Shown here piece by piece: positions 1 through 11,930 of a stretch of 64,000 nt of DNA (position 1 is the first letter of the stretch; every line of letters starts with the position of its first letter). The DNA is from Gnetum montanum (lineage: Eukaryota > Plantae > Gnetophyta). The notes under the pieces were generated by a model. The model was not told where the DNA came from. It searched no databases and saw nothing but the letters and a program-made list of their open reading frames with translations. Location: positions 860,493 through 924,492 of the forward strand of contig MNCI01002384.1 in the NCBI GenBank assembly GCA_015680685.1. Direction: 5' to 3'. Both the position numbers and the translations under genes were made by a program.

Positions 1-3000
1 ATAATCCCCTAAACTCATGACATGAAAATCACTTAGCTTGAAGACATTTGAAATCACCAAGGATAGAGATTTACAAACTTAATCCACAATTAGCACATTA
101 TCACCAATGGTACTAATGGTAAGTCCTTAAGAAAGAGACTAACTATCCAAATCCAAATGTATAACTACTATTCCTGGATTAATAAAGGAATTACTAGCTC
201 TAGAATAAAGGAGAATTAAAACTATAAAAATCTAAAATTGTACCTCGAGACTCCATTACAATATTGAGCTAAGCATCAACTAACCAATTTATTAAAGAAT
301 ACACATATGCATGCATCCTAATGTCACTCTAATCTCCTGTAGGTTGACCAACCTATGAAAACTCTTGTAACTTGACTAACTATAGTTACAGTAATTAGAA
401 TAATCCCTCTAGATATACTTAACTTTCTTATAATCATGGTAAGTAATGGGTTCATAAGTGATCCCACTACCTACAAATTGTTGCTAAGATTGTTCTGTTG
501 TTATCTTCCAAATCTTAAACTCTTGACATACTTGAACTCATCATACTTCTTAGAAGAGAATTGATCCCTCTTTTAATAACTATCATGATGTGTTGCCTCC
601 ACCAATTAACTACACTCCAAGTCCATGGCACAAACACATGCATCCTCATACATCCAAAGACAAAGAGAAAGTAAGCAATTCTTAATGGATGCACAAACAC
701 CATGGACTAAACAATTAACTCTATCCCTCTTATCTAAATATATGTAAGACACATGCATACTTAGCTTTGAAAACTTATAATCACAGTCCATCATGGTCTA
801 GTTTCCCTACTAGAGGTGATACAACTCATTTGCATTTTCCTATACCTGCTCTAAAGGAATATAATGCTCATTTAATGAGAGAAGAAAATAACTTTAATAA
901 ATAACATAATCCTTCCAATAACATCGCTTCTTTTGAGCATCCCATCAACAACTAGTAGAACCTTTGAACTAGCAAGTTGCTAATTGAATTTGCTATGTGG
1001 GAGTGGAACCCATCAACTTAAACATCTTAAAAATATCCTCTAATTACTTAGTAAAAGTAGTAGGGTACTTCTTGCCTTAAAAGGTAGGTGATCACAACAT
1101 ACTAAACTGCTCCATAAGCTTATGCTCCATCAATCATCTACTATCATATCTAGTCCCTAAAGCAACAATTGTTAATACTAAGTTCAAGTTATTCTTTATG
1201 TATTAATAGAGGAACTAAAATAGGTAACATTTAATATCTACTTGACTAATCTCTTCATTCAAATTAGGATTAGAAGTAAGAATAATAAGCTCCATTTGAG
1301 AATCCATTACAAGCTCCTATATTTAATTAACAATAAGATCTAGTATCAAAGTAGGATTGCTAGCCCCAATATTTATCCTACAATGATGACCATATCTACC
1401 TCTATAGCCTACCATTGCTAAACATAATAACATGAAATAAAAAAAGCATCAAACCTTTGCTCTAATAGCAACTTGTAGCACCCTCCTTCCTATCCTTAGA
1501 TTAGAAAGCATTAGCTTAGGTATAGAATCGATGATGAATAGTTGGTCATTACAAGGAAACTAAATATTGAAATGGACTAACGCAATAATAAAGAAGTAAA
1601 AGAAAACTTACAATGAAATTATGATAGAAAGGAAAAGAAAATGGAATATAATAGTGGAAGAAGAGAAAATATAACTAGTTAATAGATGTTCACATAAAAT
1701 TTTGAAAAATGAAATTAATTAAAAAGAAATATAATTTCATAAATCTAAAAATATAAAAGTGCTCATGAATACCTATTAATACCAAAAATATTCTTACCCA
1801 TACATAAAATCCATACTCTAAATACATGAAATGTAAAAAAAGAGGATGAAAATGTCTATCAAAATTCATNATGTATAAAGCTTGAAATAATATAAGGATA
1901 AATTCCAAATTAGTACTAAACATAAAATAATATTCTTTATCCAACTGGCTCTAATAACCTATATATAAGAGAGGAAATCAACACACACTAAGTGACAAAC
2001 CTTGGAACCTACTTCGACTGAATCAAGAGTAGCCTCATGGTAGCTAGGTAAAGGGGTGCTAGCCTTCAAAATGTGGTAGTGTGCATAATAATACAAACAT
2101 CCAGGAGCACACATCAATCATCTATTCAAATATTAAATAAAAATAACCACACCAAATTATGTACTCCATCCTTTAACCTAAAAATAAGAAATCTAGCACA
2201 AACTACACTTAGTTTAAATTTGTCAAAGTTTATCATGTGTACTTATTCAATTTTCCAAATGTTAAATATTAAACTATAGCCAAACTACCAAGCACATGAA
2301 TTTATTATTAGTCTTTATACTAAATTACTGATGCTAGAGACACCACCCAGGAGTCACCTCTACTGATTGAGAAGCATCAAACAAAAGGAAAAATAAGCCA
2401 TGAATCATTCTCTCATATAGGTTGGAACCTACAATAAAAGCCATGCAGATGCATCCTAGTGAGGGTCAAATACCAAACATCTCTAAGAAATACCTTTTTA
2501 ACTAGCCATACATCTTGGTGCTAGCTCCTAACAATTAACATACATATGATCATCTAAAGACGACAAACCAAATGTTGATGGTGAAGCAACATAAACAACA
2601 TCCAATGCATCCAACAATATGAAAGATCTAACAATCAACTTCAAACTAAAATTGACATGCCAACAAAGTCCATGTCAACATAACTGAGTCAAACAAAGTT
2701 GAAATATATTAAAATGAGGTAAAAAGAACTCCAAGAATAGGAAGGAATCAAAAATGTTAAAATTGGAATATCACAATCTCACCATGAGCCATAATGATTG
2801 AGCACAACACAACCACTAGTTGATCATGACTCATGGTATTCATAGAATCTCCTCTAGCAAAAACTATAATGAAAAGACCCTTGACCATGACCTAATCACA
2901 AGCCACAATGATAGGAAATAATTAAATCACAATCTATCATTGACTAGAATGAATGAAAAATAGTGGAAATGACACTACATGATTAACTATAATGAAAGAT

Positions 3001-4542
3001 CCTTGACCATGACCTAATCTTAAGACAGTGATAGGACATAACTAAATCACAATTTGTGGTTGAATGGAATGAATAAAAATAGGGGAAATGGCATCGCATG
3101 ATTAATAAGAAAGCTTGCAAAATAATATGGAATGGTGAAAATGAAAAAGAAGAATTAGCCACAACCTCACTAGAACTCATGGTGATATACCACAACTTCA
3201 TCACAACTAGATCACGACTTATGGTATTTCAAGTTTTAAAAAACAAAAGTTGGAAAAATGCATAGGATGACTAAAGTTTGATCATGAGCTTATGACTACC
3301 TATGATGGATGATCATGACCTAACCATGACTTGTGGTCAATACTAGTAGTAATACCATGACTTGTTAACTTGTGATTTCAATATGGATTGCAAGAAAGAG
3401 TCAGAAACACCTAAAAGAGACTAGCAACTATTCAACAATTATCAAGAGGACATAAAGAACAAGGACCAATAAGCATAATTTCCTCCAAAAAATGAGGGAG
3501 AAGTGGCCAACAAGATAAAAGCACCAAGATGAGATTCAAACCAAAAGAAAATTGTTGAAAACTCACAAAACTTTGAAGATTCAAAATCTTACAAAATAGC
3601 TAGAATCTAATAAAATCTATGATAATACAATCATAATGGTAACACAATTTGGTCAATGACCAATACTCATATCCTAAAACAGTTAATAGATTAATTTTTA
3701 CAAAACTCTTAAACCTTGAAATTAATGAATTACAAAAATATATAGTAGAAAGAAATAGTAAATTAAAGAGTAAACTTATGAAAAATACTGTGAAAAGTTA
3801 GATCCAAAACCTAATTCCAAACACTCATAGATTTGCATAAATTAAAAATACAATTCATGCTATATTTACATAAAATCCTATGAACTATCATAGATAGAAA
3901 AAGGTACCAATATTACTGATCTATATAATTGAATGAAAAATCATCAATAGCTTATGAAACTCTTGTGATGACATGCTCACAAACCAACAAAGCTCCACTC
4001 ACCACAACAAGCATTCAATTTGATAATACTTTTATGAAATTGGATCCCAAAGTGTCCAATTTAATGGAGTATTGATTTTCTATGGAAAATCACCTGAAAA
4101 ATCCATCATGACATAACTAGCTCATTTTCTTAAAAGTAAAACATCACAAATGAAATCTACCAAAAAAATATCTTGTAATGTACATAACATTTTGCAACGC
4201 AAAATCATGTCAAGACTAAAAAATTAGAAAACATCACATACCATACCAATTTTATTATTAACAATATAAACATCATGCTTCTACAAAAATCCATGATATG
4301 CCATAGCCTTCATGAGAATCTTCCAAAATTCATTCACTGGCTTAATGTACATTAGCTAATAAATAATAATGCATAAATAAAATAATACATAAAAACTAAA
4401 ATACAAATAGGAAGAAAATAAAAAGCTATAAAAATCTCACCAATGGCATAATCAAGCCATGTCATAAGATCAAAACACCACCAAGCTTAAGGCATAAGGA
4501 GAAAGATACTAACCATAACATCCAACAATATGGATTGTAATA
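1..4542 (-). mobile_element. Ty3/gypsy chromovirus (Tekay/Del-like) LTR retrotransposon, 5' part (5' LTR, PBS, decayed gag and protease); truncated by the window edge
   Basis: Degenerate tRNA-iMet PBS (plus GCTCTAATAGCA, 1459-1470) next to an LTR terminus TGTAGCACCC at 1474. The ~3.07 kb LTR (1474-4542) is homologous in inverted orientation to 11931-~14760. Minus-strand remnants resemble gag (..VVNWWR.., ~600-800) and aspartic protease (GDNVLIVD*VCKSLSLVISNVFKLSDFHVMSLGDY, 1-120). Confidence 0.8.
1474..4542 (-). repeat. Tekay-type 5' LTR (~3.07 kb) with internal CCATGACC-motif repeats, including a ~122-bp tandem duplication at ~2862-3104
   Basis: 1940-2065 aligns to the reverse complement of 14320-14450, and 4490-4542 aligns to the reverse complement of 11931-11985. 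Two tandem AACTATAATGAAA..TTGACCATGACCTAATC units. Confidence 0.75.
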
Positions 4543-4585
4543 GTTGTACTGGTGGCTAAGAATAAAGAAGCAAGTTTGATAATTC

Positions 4586-5815
4586 TATGGATCATAGAAC
4601 TTAGAATGGAGGAAGGGGGATCAATAAGTTCCCCTAGTCAAACCTTTATAAAACAAAGCACACGTTCAAATTTACATGATTCCCTAGTGTGGGTACTCCA
4701 CACTCAAATGGTAGATTGCAAGCACACCTATAAACTTTGTTTCTCTTAAAATGTGGTTAAAGGAACCAAACCTTGTACAATTATCAAGACCCACTCTAGA
4801 GTGTTTTACTATAGCACCAATCACTCAACACCACAAGGTTCCATCGGGCTTGGAAATGTAATTTCAGGGCTTCTAGAACCTTTACAATCTTAAGTTCCAC
4901 ACCAGAGTGTTGTATTGTAGCACTAACAGCTCAATCCCATAGGATACTGACAAGATCAAGGAACTCAACCCCATAGGGAAACAAGGAAATAATAATTACA
5001 AGGAATAATTGTAACTTAATTTGCTAATCCTTGCATAGTAAAGTATAACACATTCTACAAATCCAAAAGGATAAGACAATGAGAAGAAACAGAGAATTCA
5101 ATGATTACAAATGATAGTACAATGATTACAACAATGCTTGCACTTTTTCCAATTCCCATCAAGTCTTCTTATAGCTGCCATGTTGCTAAATCCTTCTCAA
5201 AACTCATGTAACAACTAGCTAACAATCATGGGAGATGTCTTTCTGAATTTTCCTTCAAAACTAGAAAGACATCTTTGTTTCCTAGAACATGTCTTCCTGA
5301 AGTCCCCATCCTAGAAGACATCTTTGCTCAATGCAAGACATATTTCTATATTTAGTCTACATTCTGTAAAGAGGTATTTGTCTCATGAAAGATGTCTCTG
5401 GCTAGGGAAAATGTTTTTTCTATCTTTAGAGACATCTTTCTGAATTTTCTTTGAGTTCACCCCAAATCTGCCAAGACATCTACTACTTCGCAGAGACATC
5501 TTTATTCACTTTCTCTTACATGATGAATGCATCATTCCTTGTCTACAACCTTAATATTCCATATGCTTTAATGATGTCCACTTTTCTTGTACAAAATTAG
5601 GTCCTTGTCCACATTTTTTAGATGTTCATTTGAAGACATGTGGATGGCCTGATCCTTTGAACTCTAGTATAGTTCATTCCTTGTCCTCATTAGCTCATCT
5701 TGGTTTCCCATGTACGTAGTCCTACAAACACAATAATCATACAATCATACAAAAAAAATTTGTCTCCATTTTAGTTAATGTTTTGAGCACACCAAAACAC
5801 ATCAAAAGGTCCACA
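4586..5815 (-). repeat. 3' LTR of the copia element
   Basis: Colinear with 9514-10755 and followed on the plus strand by the PPT complement ATCTCCCCCTTTT. Confidence 0.92.
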
Positions 5816-7899
5816 ATCTCCCCCTTTTAGGTGATGCTCAAAAGTTAAGAAAATGGGTTAGTGATCATACCAATATAATCATACTACTCTACCCCTTTTT
5901 GAACAAAAAAAAAGGATAAGGTATGAAAATGTTGATAGAAAAGAACAATAATATCCTCATAATATGGAGAGCCAAGTATCACTCATAATCCTAAAAGATA
6001 TAGGGAGTATGTATTTATCAGGTCGATGAATAGGTACCCCAAAGTTTGCAGAGCAAAACAAACCTTCCAAGTGAAATTCAATCTTGAAGTTGAAGCAAAG
6101 GCTTAAGCAACCTATCTCTAAAACAATAATTCATTAGTAGTGCAAGGTCCTTGGAATTTAGAGAATCTTCATTTTTATACAATATTAGCAAATGGGAATA
6201 TCTTTATGATGAGGTAAATGCAGTCATACAACTTCACAATGGAAATCCATTGATGTCAGATGAATACATTCCCATAGAGTAATCATGTTATTGCTCAAAA
6301 TAGTGAGGAATGCATTGCATCCTTCCCTTAAGGCATGATTTTGAAAATTGAGAATTACTATTTTGAGGTCCAAACAAGGAGCTACAATTAACTCAATAAG
6401 AATCATCAACATTCAATTTTAAAGGTCAAAGCTATGAGAGAGACATGCATACTCCATTGTTTGCTCAAGGTAATGCAACATCCAAAATAATTAATCAAAA
6501 ATAAAACATAATGATAAATATACATTCATACACTTTTTGAAATTCTATCCTAATGTAAATATGATCAAGTAAAAATAGTTAATAAATACAAAATATCAAA
6601 GATAAAACATGTAGAAACAGGAGTTTCATCAAGTATCACAAAAATAGGAAAGCAAGAATATTATAAGTGTCTCCACACATATATCAAGAACTATTCCAAT
6701 ATTTTCAACCAATATTTAAGCTTGGAGTGAAGTGTGAACATTGAGGATCAAGTAATCTATCTTTAAAATAAGTAATTAATATGGATCTTCATCTTGGTAA
6801 ATGAGCACATAGCAATCTACAACTTGAAACCTACCATGCCAAATTTCCAAAATTTGCATGTCAAAGAAAATTATTCAATGGATAACTCAATTAAATGCAT
6901 ATATACCCAAAAATTATCATGGCCTTACTCATAATATCAACTACTTCTTGTATAAGAATAGATACTTCATGCTTGAGCTTATGATTGAACATCAAATAGG
7001 TGGGCTATTAGTTCAAAATCCATGAGGACCAACAAAGATTGATTCTTAAAGACCAAAGATAAAAAGAAATTTATCTCATAGATAGCATCATGTAACTCTA
7101 GATTCAACTAAAATAATTTATCAAAAGAATATGAAAGTCATCCATGTTTTGACTTTAGTGCAAGTCAATACAACTACCACAATCCTTTACAAATAATAAA
7201 TGTTGATAAGAAACTAAGCATTAATATATTTTTTTAGAGTCCTAGTACACAACCATAAAAGAATTTTCCATCCCAATAAATACCTCTTGAATTTTTTTTC
7301 TTGCTCATTATACATTTTTGCTAAAGTCTCCATGAACTCCCCCTACATTGATGGCCCCAAAGATGACTAAGATGTAGGCTCCCCCTACATGTGTGCTACT
7401 TATCTTGGGCTTTTAAGATCAATGTGTAAAAATCACAAATACACTATAACTATAGATCAACATTAAGCTTAATTTTTGGAGATCTAGATCTTCAACCAAC
7501 AATATTGATAGAGGTTTATCTCATCTTATAAATGGAAAGAATCATTCCAAAGACTATAAGCATAGAAATAGATCATCACAAGAATTTCAGATTGAGTAAG
7601 ACAACAAATTATACCATAATAAATTATTGCAAGTGCTCTTATAAGTCTTCACAAAAACCAATTAATCAATATAAAAATTTCTCTAGACACTTATTCCATC
7701 ATATATGATCTATACATAGATCATTTTGGACAATATCCTATTAACTAGCAAGCAAAGAGATAGAGACTTACCTTGCTTACTGATAAATCAAGAAGATTAA
7801 TGGAGTTTGAGATGAGGTTCCCTATCATGAAGTACCTCCTCATCCTTATGATCTCTTTCATTATATCTTATATCTAATATCTCTATTTGTTCATGCCAC

Positions 7900-9459
7900 T
7901 CACAATAGAAACCTTGATCACTCCTTGCATTATTTTCTATACTCCATTTTTCTTAATTCTCACTTATTGGTACCTACATAATTTATTTTCCAAAGTCTCT
8001 TTGAAAAGATCAAGAATTAATCTTATTTTGATCATCATAATCGAGAGTTTACATAAAACCACAATTTTTACATATAAAGTAGTCTCATGCTTATGATCAA
8101 AATTATCAAACCTTACTAGGCTTGACTTTGAGCTTGAAACTTCGAGTGTTGCTTCATCTAAGTTTTTTGGATAATTTTGAAAAATTTCCTCATCTTGAAT
8201 TTTTTGCAATCCTTGTTATAAGAGGTTAGTTGTTGAATCTTAGTTTTTAAGTCTAATATCTCTTTTTTTATTTCAATGTGAATAGAAATTAACCTAGAAA
8301 GCACTAGTTTCTTTGCCTTCCTAATCAAATGATGTAAGAGAAAAATTTCTTCTTTAAATTCATTATACCTCATCACACTTACCATGTTGTTCAACTATAT
8401 GTGAGGAAGATTCATTACTAAGAGCCATGTAGATGAGATGAGAATCTTTAGGAGAATTACATGCCTCTTCTTCACTTTGCTCACCGTCATTCCAACTTGT
8501 ATAAAAGTTGGTCTTTTTCTGTTCCTCATTATTGGATCTATTCTTTGCTATCATTTGGATCACTAGGACATTTGAAAGCCATATGGCCTCTTTCTCCACA
8601 AACCCAACACTATATGGAAGAAACGTCTAGATTAGAAGAACTTAAAAAATCTCTACCTTTGAAGAAATTTCACCTTTGCTATTACTGAGATGTCCCTTTA
8701 TTTCTTCTTATAAGAAATCATTGTAGTCTCCTTGGAAGAAGAGTAATCTCATTTTCATTGTCCTCATCATGCTATTTGACCTTCTTCTCCTTGAATTCAA
8801 TCTTTAGAGCTATAGGGTTTTCTTGAATCTCTCCTTCACTTGTGAGATTTATTTCATAGGTGATAAGAGCAATTTGAAGTTCCTAAAATATTAGAGTTAA
8901 GAAATCTCTAATTGTCTCCATGGCTATGCCCTTAGGCCTAGACTCTAGTTCTAGAGTTCTGATCATTATGATGATGACACCACTTTTGAGCAAGTCTTTC
9001 CTTGTTTCTCTAATGGCTACAACAATATCGTTAGCTCTAGAAAAATAATCCTTGATTTTCTCACCTGCTCACATTTTGAGTTTATCATATTCACTTTACA
9101 AAACTAACAATTCAATTACTTAACAATATAAGTTCCTTCATAAGTAGCTTCTAAAGTCTATCAAATTTCTTTGGCCATTTTACATCCTACTACCCTATTG
9201 AATTCAGATTTATTAAATGCACAATATAAACAATTTTTTTCTTTTTAATCAAACATGAACTTATCCTTTTCCTCTTGAGACCATTTTTTGCAAGGCTTGA
9301 TGATGTTGATGGTGTCGTCGATGGATGGAGTGTAGCCTTCCATGATGACTCCTAGATTTCAAACTCCATGGATTTGAAGAACCTTTGCATTCTAGCTTTC
9401 CAATAGGTGAATTCAAATCCATCAAACATGGATGGATTTGTGTAAGATGTTCCCTCCAT
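7900..9459 (-). pseudogene. gag: SIRE-type gag pseudogene
   Basis: MEGTSYTNPSMFDGFEFTYWKARMQRFFKSMEFEI*, then LYCAFNKSEFNRVVGCKMAKEI**TLEATYEGT (SIRE/UBN2-type gag), zinc knuckle CWVCGERGHMAFKCP (~8565-8612), then a coiled-coil tail. Many stops and frameshifts. Confidence 0.88.
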
Positions 9460-9513
9460 TGTTCACTCTTGAAGTTGATGATGAAACAAAGAGTACCAAG
9501 ATCTGATACCACT

Positions 9514-10755
9514 TGTGGATTGTAGAACTTAGAAAGGGGACGATGCATAACTTCCTCTAATCAAACCTTTATAAAATAAATCACATACACAAATTTATGT
9601 GGTTCCCCAATGTGGGTACTCCACACTTAGAGGTTAAATCATAAGCACACCTCCAAATTTTGTTACTCTCAAAATGTGGTTGAAGGAACCACACTTTGTA
9701 TAGTCTTTAAGCTCCACTCTAGAGTGTTGTATTGTAGCACCAATCACTCAACCCCACAATATCTAATCAAGCTTGGAAATGTTGTTTCAAGGCTTTCATA
9801 GCCTTTACAATCTTGAGCTCTACACTAGAGTGTTGCACCATAGCACCAACAACTCAATCACACAAGATCCTAGCAAGCTCAAGGCACTTAACCCTACAAG
9901 GCAACAAGGGAATAATAATTACAAGGAATAATTGCAACCTAATTTTTTGATCCTTGCATAGTTAGGCATAGCACACTTTACAAAGCCAAAATGATAACAC
10001 AATGAGCAATAGAGAATTCAATGATTACAAATGGTTCTAAAATGAATACAATAATGCTTGAACTTTTTCCAATGCATTTCAAGTCTCCTTATAGCTACCC
10101 TTTCGCTAAATCCTTCTCAAAACGCATGAAATTGCTAGCTAATGATCATGGGAGACATCTTTCTTGCACCTAATATGTCTCTCTGAATTTGCCTTCAAAT
10201 TTGAGAGGATGTCTTTGTTTCCTAAAAGATGTCTTTTTGAAGTCTCCATCCTAGAAGATGTCTTTGCTCAATAGAATACATCTTTCTATATTTTTTCTAC
10301 ATTCTATAAAGATGTCTTTGTCTCATGAAAGAAGTCTTTGGCTAGGGAAAGACAGCTTGATTTTTTTAAAGATGTCTTTCTGAATTTTCTTTGAGTTCAC
10401 ACCAAATCTACCAAGATGTATGCTACTTCCCAAATACATATTTCTTCACTTTCTCTTACATGATGAATGCATTATTCCTTTTATGCAACCTTGATCTTCT
10501 ATATGCTTTAATGATGTCCACTTTGCTTGTACAAAATTAGGTCCTTGTCCACATTATTTGAATGTTCTTTTGAAGGCATGTGGGTGACCTCTTCCTTTGA
10601 GCTCTAGCATAGTTTGTTCCTTATCCTCTTTAGCTCATCTTGGTTTCTTGTGTATGTAGTCCTACAAACACAATAACCATACAACCATATAAACAACTAT
10701 TGTCTCCATTTTACTAAACATTTTGAGCACACCAAAACACACCAAAAGGTCCACA
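9514..10755 (-). repeat. 5' LTR of the copia element
   Basis: TGTGGA...TCCACA termini, adjacent to the PBS. Confidence 0.92.
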
Positions 10756-11930
10756 AATACATGGTAAGGTGCTTAATCTACTAGTAGGTTAACCTTAAGC
10801 TTTAGCAATCAAGTGGCTACTTGTACCCTCATACTATTCCAAAGTGAAAGTGAAAGATGATTGGTACGAACCTCATTATGAGTTTACTTTGCACTAGTAG
10901 TGGAAAGGATGTCATTCTTGCAGTTGTCATCTTGTTAATCAAGTTAGCTCATTTTCTTGAAATGAACACAACAACCAACATTAAGGATGTTACACTTGTT
11001 CATCTTTGAGATTATTTGATTCCATAACATTCTTGCTAATATTGTCTCCAATTGTGATGTTGAATCCACTTTTCAATTTTAGAAAGCATTCATGAATATC
11101 TTGGGGACTAGGTTGAATCAAATTTTATTACACAATCTATAAATAAATCGGTAGATTTAGAGAGTCAATCAAGTTTGGGAGGACATGCTTCAATCTTACA
11201 CCTTTTAGTTTTTAAATAGCTAGAATAGTCTATTACCATTGATAGATTTTGCCTACAACAATAGTTTCTATGAAAGTCTAAGGCAACATCTTATGAGTTC
11301 TTGTATGAAAGAACATGTAAAAATCCTTTGTGTTAGAATGCAATGAAGGATAGGTAGCAAATCAATTCAAATAATAGTTTTGTGCATGATAGATTAGATT
11401 AAGAAGATTCATGAATAGCTTGAAATAGGTCAATATCATTAGGCTAGCTATGTAAATTATAGAAGGAGGTCTCTCAAGTTTGCGATTGATGACAAGGTAT
11501 TTATTTGTATCTCTCAACTGAAAGGCTGGATACATTTCATTCAGAAAGGTAATCATGTACCTCATTACATTAGGTCATTTGATATTCTTCAACATCTAGG
11601 AAAGGTGATGTATCACATTAGTTTACCTTCATAGCATTCAAGCATGCATGATGATTTTAATGTATCCATGCTTTAGAAGTGTGTTAACGATGATAGTTAT
11701 GTTATCAATTGGACTATAGTACAACTTCATGATGATGCTTCATATGTGAAGCCTCCCATTTGGATTATGGACCAAATGGAGTAATAGTCATGCATCAAGG
11801 TAATTCCCATGATGAAGGTCTTGTGGATATGTCATGCTTCTTAAGAATTGACATGGAAGTTTGACTTTGATATGTGATCACCCCATCCTAAGATCCTATA
11901 GGAGAAATATTCTTAAGGAAGAAGGAATGA

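Larger units (their letters stand above)
4586..10755 (-). mobile_element. Ty1/copia LTR retrotransposon, SIRE/Maximus-like; complete ends, pol deleted and heavily decayed
   Basis: LTRs 4586-5815 and 9514-10755 (~1.23 kb). tRNA-iMet PBS TGGTATCAGAT (minus, 9501-9511). PPT AAAAGGGGGAGAT (5816-5828) plus extra PPT-like motifs (~5890, ~7336, ~7379). TSD AATTC/AATAC (1 mismatch). Confidence 0.92.
4543..11900 (+). pseudogene. Decayed Tekay-type integrase plus chromodomain, split by the copia insertion (segments 4543-4585 and 10761-~11900)
   Basis: Joining across the copia reads YWWLRIKKQV**F|MVRCLIY**VNLKL*QSSGYLYPHTIPK*K, matching the Tekay integrase consensus [44 protein letters not shown]. The C-terminus PPIWIMDQME**SCIKVIPMMKVLWICHAS*ELTWKF is chromodomain-like. 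PPT AAGGAAGAAGGAA at ~11915-11927. Confidence 0.85.

Noticed and set aside
1690-1944. 84-aa minus-strand ORF containing an N base (1870)
   Set aside because: AT-rich LTR sequence with no coding signature; the N is an assembly ambiguity.
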